From positions 314,309 to 378,308 of the forward strand of contig JBAZKN010000001.1 in assembly GCA_041650755.1 (NCBI GenBank): a stretch of 64,000 nucleotides of DNA, in the 5' to 3' direction. Within the stretch, counting starts at the first letter, position 1. The number at the start of each line of letters is the position of its first letter. This stretch comes from Patescibacteria group bacterium (GTDB lineage Bacteria > Patescibacteriota > Patescibacteriia > UBA1558 > GWA2-36-10). Of this stretch, positions 50,544-60,571 are shown in pieces. The notes beneath the pieces were generated by a model that saw only the letters and a program-made list of their open reading frames with translations, was not told the origin of the DNA and did not search any database. The translations under genes and the position numbers were made by a program.

Positions 50544-52067
50544 TTATTTTTCTGCCTTGGTTTCTAAATCGACCAACTCTTGAACTATGTTTTTTAATTT
50601 TTCTTCGCGCTCTTCCGTCAGCTGACCATCCTGTTCTAAGCCCTCAAGCCACTCCGGCACCTGAACCTCAAGTTGCTGATAAAGTTTATTTTCAAAATCA
50701 CCGACTTGTGCAACTGGTATTTTATCCAAATAGCCATTAGTGGCGGCATAAAGGATTGCCACCTGTTTTGCTTGCGGCAAAGTAGCATATTGGGCTTGTT
50801 TTAAAATTTCTGTCACTCTAGCGCCACGATTTAATTGTTGTTTGGTCGCCTCATCCAAATCTGAACCGAATTGAGCAAAGGCCTCCAGCTCTCTAAACTG
50901 CGCCAAATCTAGCTTCAAACGGCCGGCTACTTTTTTCATGGCCTTAATCTGGGCTGCCGAGCCTACCCGGGAAACCGACAAGCCAGAATTAAGAGCTGGC
51001 CTGATGCCTTTATAAAATAAATCTGTTTCCAAAAATATCTGGCCGTCAGTAATAGAAATTACGTTGGTTGGAATATAAGCGGAAATATCACCAGCCTGGG
51101 TTTCAATGATTGGCAGAGCTGTCAATGAGCCGCCACCAAAATCTGCTGACATTTTAGCGGCTCGTTCCAAAAGACGAGAGTGCAAATAAAACACGTCTCC
51201 TGGATATGCTTCTCTGCCTGGCGGTCGACGCAAAAGCAAGGAAATTTGCCGATAAGCCACAGCGTGTTTGGATAAATCATCATAAACCACCAAAACATCT
51301 TTGCCTTTATCCATAAAATATTCTCCCATAGCACAGCCGGCATAAGGAGCAATATATGATAAAGAGGCTGATTGGGAAGCGCCAGCCAAAACCACAGTGG
51401 TATATTCTAGCGCTCCTTTTTCTTCCAATTTAGCTACAATTTTGGCTACTTTTGATTCTTTCTGGCCAATAGCTACATAAATACAAATAACATTTTTGCC
51501 TTTTTGGTTGATAATAGTATCAATAGCAATAGCGGTCTTGCCGGTCTGACGATCGCCGATAATCAATTCGCGTTGGCCTTTACCAATTGGAATAATAGCA
51601 TCAATGACTTTGATGCCGGTTTGCAATGGTTGGATAACGGATTGGCGGGTAATAACACCGGGGGCTATCTTTTCTACGGGATAAAAGTCTTTGGTCTTAA
51701 TTGCGCCTTTGCCATCCAGCGGCTCACCCAAAGGACTGACCACACGACCAATCACCGCTTCACCCACTGGCACCTGTAAAATTCGTTTAGTGCCCCTGAC
51801 TTTATCGCCGGACTGTAAATTGTGATGATCGCCCAAAATAATAGCACCCACCATGGACTCTTCTAAATTTAAGACTACGCCATAAACTTTTTCACCCTCT
51901 TGAGTACTAAACTCCAACATTTCTGAAGACATGGCATCGGATAAACCAGCGACCTTGGCAATACCGTCGCCCACCTCAACAACCTCGCCGATAGTTTCTT
52001 CTTTTAGCTCGGCTTGCCAGTCGTTTAATTTTTTCTCTAAACTTTTGACCAAATAATCGTGTGACAT
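50544..52067 (-). CDS. atpA: ATP synthase alpha subunit
   Basis: GDRQTGKT and [15 protein letters not shown]. Confidence 0.98.
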   Translation of the reverse strand: MSHDYLVKSLEKKLNDWQAELKEETIGEVVEVGDGIAKVAGLSDAMSSEMLEFSTQEGEKVYGVVLNLEESMVGAIILGDHHNLQSGDKVRGTKRILQVPVGEAVIGRVVSPLGEPLDGKGAIKTKDFYPVEKIAPGVITRQSVIQPLQTGIKVIDAIIPIGKGQRELIIGDRQTGKTAIAIDTIINQKGKNVICIYVAIGQKESKVAKIVAKLEEKGALEYTTVVLAGASQSASLSYIAPYAGCAMGEYFMDKGKDVLVVYDDLSKHAVAYRQISLLLRRPPGREAYPGDVFYLHSRLLERAAKMSADFGGGSLTALPIIETQAGDISAYIPTNVISITDGQIFLETDLFYKGIRPALNSGLSVSRVGSAAQIKAMKKVAGRLKLDLAQFRELEAFAQFGSDLDEATKQQLNRGARVTEILKQAQYATLPQAKQVAILYAATNGYLDKIPVAQVGDFENKLYQQLEVQVPEWLEGLEQDGQLTEEREEKLKNIVQELVDLETKAEK

Positions 52068-52073
52068 ATATTT

Positions 52074-52166
52074 TTTGCTTATTTCTTATGGCCTATAGCG
52101 CGTGACGCACAGCTTATGATCTAATTGGGATCATCGACCATGGGCTATCTGCTATCTGCTATTAGC
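52074..52166. repeat. degenerate heptamer-repeat element (copy 2)
   Basis: tttgcttatt...gcctatag...agcttatg...gctatct gctatct gctatta; shares anchors with 33711-33805. Confidence 0.6.
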
Positions 52167-52566
52167 TAACTAGATGTTCTGCTAAATTAGCTAATTTATT
52201 TTTTAAAGATAAATCCAAAACTTTATCATCATAATTTAAAATCGCTCCCCCTAATAAATCATGATCTATACCAGTTTCCAAAATAACTTTCTTGCCGCTC
52301 AATCGGGACACAATATCAGCCAAATCACCAGCCTCCGCTGCATCAAGCTGATGAGCGCTAAACAAATTTACTTTGATAATATTTTGCCGGCTGTTTTCTA
52401 TGACCTCCAATTCTCTGATAACCTCTGATAAATACGGCCACCAATGCTTTTGAGTCAACAATTTTTCAAAATTAGCCAAAACCAAATCTATCTGCTGCTG
52501 ACTCTTTTTTTGGCAAGCGCGATCCAGGGCTTGAGCTAAAATTTTTGCCGTTTTATTATCTTTCAT
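52162..52566 (-). CDS. atpH: ATP synthase delta subunit (short)
   Basis: SAHQL...DLLGGAIL..DDKVLDLSL; position in operon. Confidence 0.88.
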   Translation of the reverse strand: MKDNKTAKILAQALDRACQKKSQQQIDLVLANFEKLLTQKHWWPYLSEVIRELEVIENSRQNIIKVNLFSAHQLDAAEAGDLADIVSRLSGKKVILETGIDHDLLGGAILNYDDKVLDLSLKNKLANLAEHLVS

Positions 52567-53059
52567 TTTTCAGCTCTTTAATAACAGCCTGCAAATACTT
52601 TTTATCTAAATCCTTGGTCAAACCTTTGCTTAATACTTTTTCCAAGGATAAAACCAGGATATCAGCCAACTCATGTTTAGCTGCTTGCAAGGTGGTGTTT
52701 TTCTCCGCTTCAATCTGTTGTTTGGCTTTATTGATCAAATTCTCGACTTCCAACTTGGTCTTGTTGATGGCGGACTGACGACTAGCCTCGGCCTGGCTCT
52801 GTGCTTTTTCCAAAATTGCCAAAGCTTCTTGTTTGGCTTCTTGAAGCTTGTGCTTGGCCTCCTGCTCTACATCACGCAGGCGTTCGGTTGCCCTTTGAGC
52901 ATCGCTTAAGCCTTTGGCTATTTCCTCGTTTCTTCGGCCCATAGTCCCCAGTAATGGTTTTAAGGCAAACCACCACAAGACTGCGGCCACAATAGCAAAA
53001 TTTACCAGCTGGGCTAGCATGAGTTTCCAATCTACTCCAAATAATTGTAATATTTCCAT
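52556..53059 (-). CDS. atpF: ATP synthase b subunit
   Basis: QLVNF...KPL...R...I..GL plus coiled coil. Confidence 0.93.
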   Translation of the reverse strand: MEILQLFGVDWKLMLAQLVNFAIVAAVLWWFALKPLLGTMGRRNEEIAKGLSDAQRATERLRDVEQEAKHKLQEAKQEALAILEKAQSQAEASRQSAINKTKLEVENLINKAKQQIEAEKNTTLQAAKHELADILVLSLEKVLSKGLTKDLDKKYLQAVIKELKNER

Positions 53060-53078
53060 ATAAATTCCTTAGTCCTGA

Positions 53079-53233
53079 TTTGTATAATGACGATCGTGCG
53101 GCTCGCTAACCTTAGTGTCATCCCGGACTTGATCCGGGATCTACTAATAATTTGCCGTTGGTATGATAATTGTAGATTCCCGCTTTCGCGGGAATGACAG
53201 TGTGGGGCTAGCGAGCCGCTCCAAGTATACAAA
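53079..53233. repeat. nested inverted repeat containing a pair of GTCAT-type REP-like palindromes
   Basis: GTCATCCCGGACTTGATCCGGGATC and GATTCCCGCTTTCGCGGGAATGAC inside GCGGCTCGCTA/TAGCGAGCCGC arms. Confidence 0.8.
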
Positions 53234-53247
53234 ACAGTCAAAAAAAT

Positions 53248-53517
<270 letters not shown>

Positions 53518-53543
53518 CTACTTTTATTTTAATTAATTATTTT

Positions 53544-53604
53544 GTTATTCTGAATTTATTTCAAAATCTCACCAAATGAGATCCTGAATCAAATTCAGGA
53601 TGAC
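53544..53604. repeat. second inverted pair of GTCAT-type REP-like palindromes
   Basis: GTTATTCTGAATTTATTTCAAAATCTC and GAGATCCTGAATCAAATTCAGGATGAC. Confidence 0.7.
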
Positions 53605-53608
53605 CACT

Positions 53609-54448
53609 CTAATGTTCTTCGCTATGCTCAGTAGAGGCAATGGTGAAATATACCAGAGTCAAAACTGAAAATATAAGGGCTTGGATAATACCGACAATAA
53701 TTTCTAAAAACATGAATGGCAGTGGCAAACCAAAGGCTAAAATAGCTGAAATTGAAGCTAGTAAAACTTCGCCAGCAAAAATATTGCCAAATAAACGAAA
53801 GGACAGGGAAGCCACTTTGGCAATCTCGCTGATTATCTCAATCAAACCGACAAAAAAGTTGATTGGATTAATCAGAGCTATGGTGGGCTCGTGCTTTATT
53901 TTCTTGGGAATTTCAAACAGGGCTTTGATATTGACAAATTTATTGAAATAATTCCAGCCGCCCACTACGATCACTCCAAAAATATTGGCTGCCAGCACCG
54001 CAAATAAGCCCAAAGCCAAAGTAGTGTTGAGGTCGGCTGTACCGCCACGCAAAAGAGGCAGGTGATTATAGGTAATAGAGCCAACGCCCGGCAAAAGCCC
54101 CAACCAATTATTAAATAAGACAAACAAAAAGATGGCAAAAACTAAAGGAAAAACACGCTTACTTTTTTCCCGATCATTGGTCACCATATCCATCATGCCA
54201 AAAGCTCCGTCAATCACTACCTCCATCAGACTCTGAAATTTTCCTGGCAAACGGCTATTTTTTATTCTGATCACCAAAGATAAAATAATAATCAAAACCA
54301 CTGCTAGCCATGAAGTCAGCAGTGAATTGGTTATGGGAAATTGTCCGATATGAAATATCGGCTCAGCGTAAAGTGTATGCTCTTCCCCATGTTCAGAGGA
54401 AGCATTGTCTATATTATGATTATTTATTTGATTGGTCTCTTGGCTCAT
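53609..54448 (-). CDS. atpB: ATP synthase a subunit
   Basis: NWLGLLPG, TADLN, SLSFRLFGNIFAGE and IQALIF. Confidence 0.96.
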   Translation of the reverse strand: MSQETNQINNHNIDNASSEHGEEHTLYAEPIFHIGQFPITNSLLTSWLAVVLIIILSLVIRIKNSRLPGKFQSLMEVVIDGAFGMMDMVTNDREKSKRVFPLVFAIFLFVLFNNWLGLLPGVGSITYNHLPLLRGGTADLNTTLALGLFAVLAANIFGVIVVGGWNYFNKFVNIKALFEIPKKIKHEPTIALINPINFFVGLIEIISEIAKVASLSFRLFGNIFAGEVLLASISAILAFGLPLPFMFLEIIVGIIQALIFSVLTLVYFTIASTEHSEEH

Positions 54449-54719
54449 GATTACTATTTTTCTCTTTTGATTGACTGGTATCTAATTGTCGCAAATATTT
54501 CTGACCCGTCTTGACTAGGCCTAAGCAAGATACAATAAAGGCTATAGCCGTTAAGACAAAAAAATACAAATGCCCGGAATTTTGTTTACCATCAAGATAA
54601 CGCCCAAGATACAAAGCGGCAATCACCGGAAAAGCAATCCAGCCGGTGCTTTCGGCAAACATTTTTAAACCCACCCCTAGCCAATAATTCTTATTTTTTG
54701 GCGGTTTGGCTTGATCCAT
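54420..54719 (-). CDS. AtpZ/AtpI-family membrane protein
   Basis: 2 TM helices with GRYLD motif; first gene of the atp operon. Confidence 0.8.
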   Translation of the reverse strand: MDQAKPPKNKNYWLGVGLKMFAESTGWIAFPVIAALYLGRYLDGKQNSGHLYFFVLTAIAFIVSCLGLVKTGQKYLRQLDTSQSKEKNSNHEPRDQSNK

Positions 54720-54752
54720 AAAATAATTAAAAAAATGAAAAAGTGCGGCTAT

Positions 54753-54781
54753 ATTTTAGCTTTTTTTATAATTAAAGTCAA
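54753..54781 (-). promoter_or_regulatory. atp operon promoter
   Basis: TTGACT-17nt-TAAAAT. Confidence 0.8.
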
Positions 54782-54796
54782 GATTTCGGAGAAAAT

Positions 54797-54850
54797 AAAA
54801 AGGCTCCTGGCACCAACCTAGGTGATACCAAAAGCCTTTGCTATAAAGGC
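54797..54850 (-). terminator. terminator of cassette 7
   Basis: GGCTTTTGGTATCA...TGGTGCCAGGAGCC G:U-rich stem followed by T5. Confidence 0.7.
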
Positions 54851-54854
54851 GCGG

Positions 54855-56255
54855 TCAACGCACAATGCTCAATCGAGCCGTGGCCACCGTACCGCCAGTC
54901 TCCAGCCTAGCGAAATAGGCGCCAGATGCCAAATTGCGACCAGCCAAGTCGCAGCTGGTCCAATGCACTGTGTGCCAACCAGACACGTAGAGATCATCTG
55001 CCAGCCGGGTCACCAGACATCCTCTGACATCGAAAATACCAAGTCTGATGTGCCCTGCTTTGGGCAGATTGAAGCGAATAGTCGCTCGGGGATTACAAGG
55101 GTTGGGATAGCTCATGAGCGTCGGGTGCCCCGAAGATGCCTCAACCACCCCGGTCAACGACTGCTCTGCCTGCAAGGCACGCAGATGCGCATAGAATGCC
55201 CCGGCCATCTGGACATAAGCACTCTTGTTGGGATGGAGATAGTTGTTCGCCGGATAGCCGTTAATGCGATCCACGAACAAACCCGAAGCACAGAGGCTGA
55301 CATTGGGATGAAAAATCCCCTTGTCATAGTGCGACACCAGAGCCGCACGATAGATCGCCATGTTCTTCTCAAAGGCTTCCCAGTTATCAAGCGAACCGTA
55401 ATTATCCACCCAGGCGGCCTGTGAGATGTTGCCGCTTGACGGCAAACTGATCACTACCCGACAGTTGGGATATCCACGATCGGCTGACAACAGGGCGCTG
55501 CAAAAACCATCAATGCGCTGAAACCAAAGCGCCATGATAGACGGTGTCAATTCAGCTCCCAGCAAGGCATAGATACCATTATACCCGAGCTGCACTATGC
55601 AATATCCAATCGGACCAGCCTGACCGCTGACATTCGTGTAGTATTGAAAGTCGATCTTGCCATCCTGAACATTCCAGAAAGGGTTTGTGAAGTATGCTGT
55701 GCTGGGGCTGGTAAAGTTAACCCAGCACTTACCGCTGTACCCCTCATGGACGCCAGGCGCCAATCCATTAGTGCCCAACAGCTTTACTTGAGCGCCGCCG
55801 CTTTCTTCAAAATCAACCTTGATTGCCGTGACTATATAGGCGCTGTCTAGAGCTGCTGGGTGAGCCTCTACAAGTGAGTCACCGACCGTAAGAAGACTGG
55901 GCTGACCTTGGGCCGTATCAGTGACCACTCGAATATGAGTCGTGGCTGAAGCGACAGCTACATCGGTGCTGTCCTTGGCTACAATGGTGCAGGTGATGAC
56001 TGTTGGAGCATGGGCGGTAAACGAATACCCCCAATCGTAGAACGAGCCGCTATCAGCCAAACACGAGTAAACAATGCTGGCAGCGGCCGGCACTTGCGCT
56101 GAGAGCTGATCGTAATGAATGTCTACCGGCCGACCAACCAGTCCGTAAATCGTATCCGGCATGGTGATGACCGGCACATAGGCATCAGCCGCAGTCATAC
56201 GGACACTGCAAACCAAGACCACTACAGCGATCAAGAGGGTCCTGAAGTATCGCAT
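54855..56255 (-). CDS. secreted SGNH/GDSL hydrolase-like protein with C-terminal FlgD-Ig/T9SS-type tail (GC-rich cassette 7)
   Basis: signal peptide; TVGDSL, HEGYSG, QLGYNG and NYLHPN; C-terminal YPNPCNPRATIRFNLP...IFDVRG...ASGAYFARL; AAGGAG SD. Confidence 0.85.
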   Translation of the reverse strand: MRYFRTLLIAVVVLVCSVRMTAADAYVPVITMPDTIYGLVGRPVDIHYDQLSAQVPAAASIVYSCLADSGSFYDWGYSFTAHAPTVITCTIVAKDSTDVAVASATTHIRVVTDTAQGQPSLLTVGDSLVEAHPAALDSAYIVTAIKVDFEESGGAQVKLLGTNGLAPGVHEGYSGKCWVNFTSPSTAYFTNPFWNVQDGKIDFQYYTNVSGQAGPIGYCIVQLGYNGIYALLGAELTPSIMALWFQRIDGFCSALLSADRGYPNCRVVISLPSSGNISQAAWVDNYGSLDNWEAFEKNMAIYRAALVSHYDKGIFHPNVSLCASGLFVDRINGYPANNYLHPNKSAYVQMAGAFYAHLRALQAEQSLTGVVEASSGHPTLMSYPNPCNPRATIRFNLPKAGHIRLGIFDVRGCLVTRLADDLYVSGWHTVHWTSCDLAGRNLASGAYFARLETGGTVATARLSIVR

Positions 56256-56320
56256 GATCCACTCCTTTACTTTTCATGGTACGGTTATCACCTAGTACAT
56301 CAAGGTGACATTTCTCTAGC

Positions 56321-56349
56321 GTCATAACATATTTTGCCTGTCAAGTCAA
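56321..56349 (-). promoter_or_regulatory. promoter of cassette 7
   Basis: TTGACT-17nt-TATGAC with TGn extension; a second TTGACA overlaps it. Confidence 0.55.
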
Positions 56350-56352
56350 TAA

Positions 56353-56377
56353 TAAAAAGCCCAGGTTACCCGGGCTA
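56353..56377 (-). terminator. terminator downstream of rmuC
   Basis: AGCCCGGG-TAA-CCTGGGCT followed by TTTT. Confidence 0.8.
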
Positions 56378-56400
56378 TTTTATCTATTTTATAAACAAAA

Positions 56401-57435
56401 CTATTCTAATCTAGGCCGCTCTATTTCCTCTAACTCGAGCTCTCCGCCTTTACCGCTGACTTTCAAAATATCTTTATCCAACTTCTTAAACTCGCGACTA
56501 GAAAAATTATAAGTATTGACCGCCGTACCCAGCTGGCTACCCAATTTATTATGATAATCAGCATAAGCAGCCATGTGTTTTTGTAATTTTTCTACATTGG
56601 CTCTGATCTCTTTGGCTGATTCCTCTATCTGCAAAGCTTTTAAGCCCTGTAAAACAGTCTGCAAATAAGCGGCAAAGGTGGTTGGCGAGACAATAATTAC
56701 TTTTTTTTCATTAAAGGCATAATCAATCAGATTGCGCGTATTGACTTTGACCGCGCCAACTTCATTGATCAGCAAATCATAATAAATGCCTTCAGCCGGA
56801 ATATACATAAAGGCAAAATCCAAAGTTTTTTCCTGCGGCCGGATATATTTAGCGGTTTCATCAATGCGTCTTTTTAAGTCATTCTTAAAGTCTTTTTCCA
56901 GCAGCTCTTTTTTTTCTTTGTTGGTCTCACTGATAATCCGCCGATAATTTTCCAAAGAAAACTTGGCATCAACCGGTAATAATTTGTCTTTAATTTTTAC
57001 CACAGCATCAACCGCCTCATTGTTTTTAAAACGATACTGCATCTGATAGCTTTGCGGTGGCAGAATATTACTCAAAATTAATTCTAGGCTGGCCTCTCCC
57101 AAAGAACCTCTAGTTTTGGAATTAGTCAAAACCTTTTCCAAATTTTGCAATTGATCAGTAAAGCCAACTACTTGCTTATTGGTCTCCTCTAGTTTCAAGA
57201 GCTTCTCTGTCATTTCTCTGGAAATCTTCGAAGTCTCCACAAACTGGTCCTGCAACATCTTGGCTGACTGATGGGTGGTGGCGTCTATTTTTTCATGCAG
57301 CTGTTTGGTCAAATCAGAAATTTGCTGCTGTAAAAGCAATAATGATTTTTCATCACTACTTTTCCGACCAGACAATAAAAGATAAATAACTACGATTAGG
57401 CCGATGATTAAAATTATCAGCAAAAATGTCTGCAT
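56401..57435 (-). CDS. rmuC: DNA recombination protein RmuC
   Basis: RGSLGE, PVDAKFS, DFAFMYIPAEG and VSPTT. Confidence 0.93.
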   Translation of the reverse strand: MQTFLLIILIIGLIVVIYLLLSGRKSSDEKSLLLLQQQISDLTKQLHEKIDATTHQSAKMLQDQFVETSKISREMTEKLLKLEETNKQVVGFTDQLQNLEKVLTNSKTRGSLGEASLELILSNILPPQSYQMQYRFKNNEAVDAVVKIKDKLLPVDAKFSLENYRRIISETNKEKKELLEKDFKNDLKRRIDETAKYIRPQEKTLDFAFMYIPAEGIYYDLLINEVGAVKVNTRNLIDYAFNEKKVIIVSPTTFAAYLQTVLQGLKALQIEESAKEIRANVEKLQKHMAAYADYHNKLGSQLGTAVNTYNFSSREFKKLDKDILKVSGKGGELELEEIERPRLE

Positions 57436-57441
57436 GGTATT

Positions 57442-58230
57442 TTAAGCTTGGGGATTATTGCCCTTTATGCTGACTAAGCTCTTATACATATTATAAGAAT
57501 AGGCCAAAAAGAATGGAGCAATGACCATAGATAATATATTGCTTATTTGAGAATAAATTTGCTCTCTTGTTCTGTCAGCTGGGTTGGGTGCAAAAATGCC
57601 CCCCAAGAAACCGAAAACAATCATTAAAATCAACATGGGTACCAAGTTTCGCCACAATACACCCCACCATCTGCCCTTGACCAAATATTTACTGCGCCGC
57701 ATAGCTGCCATATCTTTCAAGCCCTCATTGATAAAAACCCAGGCCACAAAACTATAATAAACCGACATGATAATGCCGGGTATAATTAGAAGCAGAGTCC
57801 ATAATAGTATAAAAACACCGGCTGTTAAGTTTGTGATGAAAAAATCCCAAATCATAGGCCGAGCAGCTTTGAATGTCTCCCAGATACCTTTATCGGGATA
57901 TTGATCCTTAACCATCAGATAAAGACCTACTTGGCTCGCCAAACTTACATAGATTACCACAATAATTGAGGCTAGGCCCAACAGACCAAAAATAATATAT
58001 AATATTACCGAAAATACCTGGCCCAAAGTGCCAGAAAAAGCTATTACTAAAGCGAACAGACCAATAACTATGCCCATTGGTATATAGCTAATAATGGGCA
58101 ATAGGCTCATGCCTACTAATTTTCCAAATTTTGTCTTATAAATCTGGAATGATAGACTAAAAAGCTCGCCCAGAGAAATAAATTTCTGCGTCGGCAAGGG
58201 ACTAGTCATTGGTGTCTGGTTTTCTTCCAT
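57442..58230 (-). CDS. multi-pass membrane protein (GDPD membrane-domain-like)
   Basis: LLLIIPGII...E...AMRRSKYLVKGRWW pattern. Confidence 0.75.
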   Translation of the reverse strand: MEENQTPMTSPLPTQKFISLGELFSLSFQIYKTKFGKLVGMSLLPIISYIPMGIVIGLFALVIAFSGTLGQVFSVILYIIFGLLGLASIIVVIYVSLASQVGLYLMVKDQYPDKGIWETFKAARPMIWDFFITNLTAGVFILLWTLLLIIPGIIMSVYYSFVAWVFINEGLKDMAAMRRSKYLVKGRWWGVLWRNLVPMLILMIVFGFLGGIFAPNPADRTREQIYSQISNILSMVIAPFFLAYSYNMYKSLVSIKGNNPQA

Positions 58231-58254
58231 AATAATTATTTTTAATTTTATTAT

Positions 58255-59064
58255 CTATATATTAAATAATTTTTTAGCATTATCGCCTGTTATTTTAATA
58301 ATTTCCTCGGAATTTTTCCTTTTGATTTGGGCAATTTTTTCGGCCACATATTGTACGTAAAGTGGCTCATTGCGCTTGCCCCTAAATGGCACCGGTGTCA
58401 GCCAAGGACAATCTGTCTCTATCAAAATCCTTTCTTTGGGTATCCATTTTATAATGTCCTCCAAAACACCGCTTTTGTCAAATGTGATAATACCGTTAAA
58501 ACCAAGGTAAAAACCAAGATCGATAAACTTTTTGGCGCCAGCCAAATCACCCACATAACAATGAATCACTCCCCGATCAACGCCCTCCTCTTGCAAAACA
58601 TCATAAACATCATCGTAGGCTCTTGGTTCATCGGGGCTAAAACGGCAATGAATAATAAGCGGCAAATTATTTTCTTTGGCTAATCTGATATGCGCCTTGA
58701 AAATTAGCCTTTGTTTTTGTTTTATCGCCGCAATGGACTCTGCCCCTTTTTCTATGCTTTCTGACAAGTGCCAATAATCCAGACCCGTTTCACCGATGGC
58801 TACAATTTTATTCTTATTTTTATCGATTAGCGCTTGAAATTGTTTTTCGCTAAAGTCCTCATCATATATATGAATAGGGTGCAATGCCAGGGCAGCATAA
58901 AAATTCTGACCATCAGCCAGCTCTACTGCCTTTTGCGAAGTAGCCTGAGCCGCTCCGACATTGATTAGCTTCATGCCAGCCTGCTGACAGCGGGCCATCA
59001 CCGCCTGGCGATCTTCATCAAAGGCTTTAAAATTGAGATGGGCGTGAGTATCAATCAACATCAA
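58255..59064 (-). CDS. tatD: TatD-family hydrolase
   Basis: IDTHAHL, AIGETGLD, IIHCR and ETDCPWL. Confidence 0.95.
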   Translation of the reverse strand: MMLIDTHAHLNFKAFDEDRQAVMARCQQAGMKLINVGAAQATSQKAVELADGQNFYAALALHPIHIYDEDFSEKQFQALIDKNKNKIVAIGETGLDYWHLSESIEKGAESIAAIKQKQRLIFKAHIRLAKENNLPLIIHCRFSPDEPRAYDDVYDVLQEEGVDRGVIHCYVGDLAGAKKFIDLGFYLGFNGIITFDKSGVLEDIIKWIPKERILIETDCPWLTPVPFRGKRNEPLYVQYVAEKIAQIKRKNSEEIIKITGDNAKKLFNI

Positions 59065-59570
59065 TTCAGTATAGATTTTATGTTTTTGATTGCTTCTGGC
59101 ATCAAAGGAACGACTACTACCGAAATATTTTTGGCGATTGGTGCCAAACTTGATTTGGCCACAGCATCGTTCACGGTATCGCTGATGGGGAACAAAGATA
59201 ATAGATAAACCACAGCACTAGCTACCAACATACCGCCAATCAAACCAACTACCGCGCCTAATAATTTATTGACCAAATCAATAAAAGGGATGATGTGGAA
59301 AACAGCATTGATCAGTTTGACCAACAGACCAATTATAATATTGACGAGAATGAAGATCAAAACAAAGGCAATTATATTGGCTAAATTGGCATTATCAATA
59401 TTTATAAATTGAGCTAGCCAGGCACTGACCAAAGACATAAAGCGACCGCCCAAAACAATGCCGACTATGATGCCGATAAATCCACCGATAGCGCCAATCA
59501 AGCCGGCTTGAAAACCTTTCCAAATAAAAATCAATAGAATAATAAGGAGGATAATGTCAAATAAGTTCAT
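59061..59570 (-). CDS. CvpA (colicin V production) family membrane protein
   Basis: MNLFDII...KGFQAGLI and NKLLGAVVG. Confidence 0.88.
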   Translation of the reverse strand: MNLFDIILLIILLIFIWKGFQAGLIGAIGGFIGIIVGIVLGGRFMSLVSAWLAQFINIDNANLANIIAFVLIFILVNIIIGLLVKLINAVFHIIPFIDLVNKLLGAVVGLIGGMLVASAVVYLLSLFPISDTVNDAVAKSSLAPIAKNISVVVVPLMPEAIKNIKSILN

Positions 59571-59600
59571 ATGTTTTTGTTAATTTATTTTTATGAATAA

Positions 59601-59867
59601 TTAATTGCTGACTATGCTTGATTTGGCTACGATACCATATAGTTTGTTGAGGCGCTTGGTCAGATCAGCAATCTGCTTACTGGTGCCCTGGATAGCTACC
59701 ACGATTAATCCGGTGCAATGAGCAATGCAAGCCGGCTGAACATTGACGCCCAAGCGAGCCATGATAATGTGACCAGCATCAGTCAAAAGCTGGTTGACAT
59801 CCTTAGCGTGCATCTGTCTGTCTTTGATCAAAATTGTAATTGTGCCCAATTGTTTTTTACTTGTCAT
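59601..59867 (-). CDS. ACT-like small protein (TM1266 / iron-only hydrogenase regulator-like)
   Basis: GTITILIKDR...VNQLL...IMARLG...LTKRLNKLYG pattern. Confidence 0.65.
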   Translation of the reverse strand: MTSKKQLGTITILIKDRQMHAKDVNQLLTDAGHIIMARLGVNVQPACIAHCTGLIVVAIQGTSKQIADLTKRLNKLYGIVAKSSIVSN

Positions 59868-59899
59868 AATGATTAGTTAAAAGTCTGCAAGTTATAAAG

Positions 59900-60571
59900 T
59901 TATTTTTTATCAACTATTACTACGAATTCGCCTTTGAGTTGGCTTCTATCTTTATTTAATTTAGCTAAAATTTCTTTGGCTGTACCGCGATAAATAGTCT
60001 CAAACTGTTTGGTTAGTTCGCGACCGATAATTAAATGCTTGGAACAGTCGGACAATTGCTCTAAAGTTTTTAAAATACGGTGCACAGACTCAAAAAAAAT
60101 CGCCGGTTGTTTGGCCGCTTTAATTTCGTTAATCAATGTCTGCCGACCCTTTTTGTGGGGCAGGAATCCATAAAAAACAAAATTATCCAAAGCCACACCA
60201 GCCACGCTGATAATAGCCGCCAAAGCCGACGGCCCGGGCACAGGCACGATTTTGACTGTCGGCAATTCGGCTAAAATCAATTCTACCAATCTGCCGCCCG
60301 GATCGCTAATGCCGGGCGTGCCGGCATCAGACACCAGAGCTAGATCTTTGCCTGCTTGCAATAATTTCTTGATCGTCTGCCAATCAGACAATTTACTGTG
60401 CTGCTGCCAGGTCAATAGTTTTTTTTCTATTCTATAAAAGGCTAGTAGCTTAGCCGTCACTCTTTTATCTTCAGCTAAAACTAAATCTACCTCTTTTAAA
60501 ATCCGCAAAGCTCGCAAAGTCAAATCTTCCAAATTACCTATCGGTGTAGCAATGATATATAGTGCGGCCAT
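59900..60571 (-). CDS. rsmI: 16S rRNA C1402 2'-O-methyltransferase
   Basis: ATPIGNLED, SDAGTPGISDPG, RELTKQFE and KGEFV. Confidence 0.96.
   Translation of the reverse strand: MAALYIIATPIGNLEDLTLRALRILKEVDLVLAEDKRVTAKLLAFYRIEKKLLTWQQHSKLSDWQTIKKLLQAGKDLALVSDAGTPGISDPGGRLVELILAELPTVKIVPVPGPSALAAIISVAGVALDNFVFYGFLPHKKGRQTLINEIKAAKQPAIFFESVHRILKTLEQLSDCSKHLIIGRELTKQFETIYRGTAKEILAKLNKDRSQLKGEFVVIVDKK

Noticed and set aside
53032-53241. 69-aa ORF between atpE and atpF
   Set aside because: It is a translation of the REP-like palindromes (CHSRESGNL, SRIKSGMT), a typical spurious ORF.
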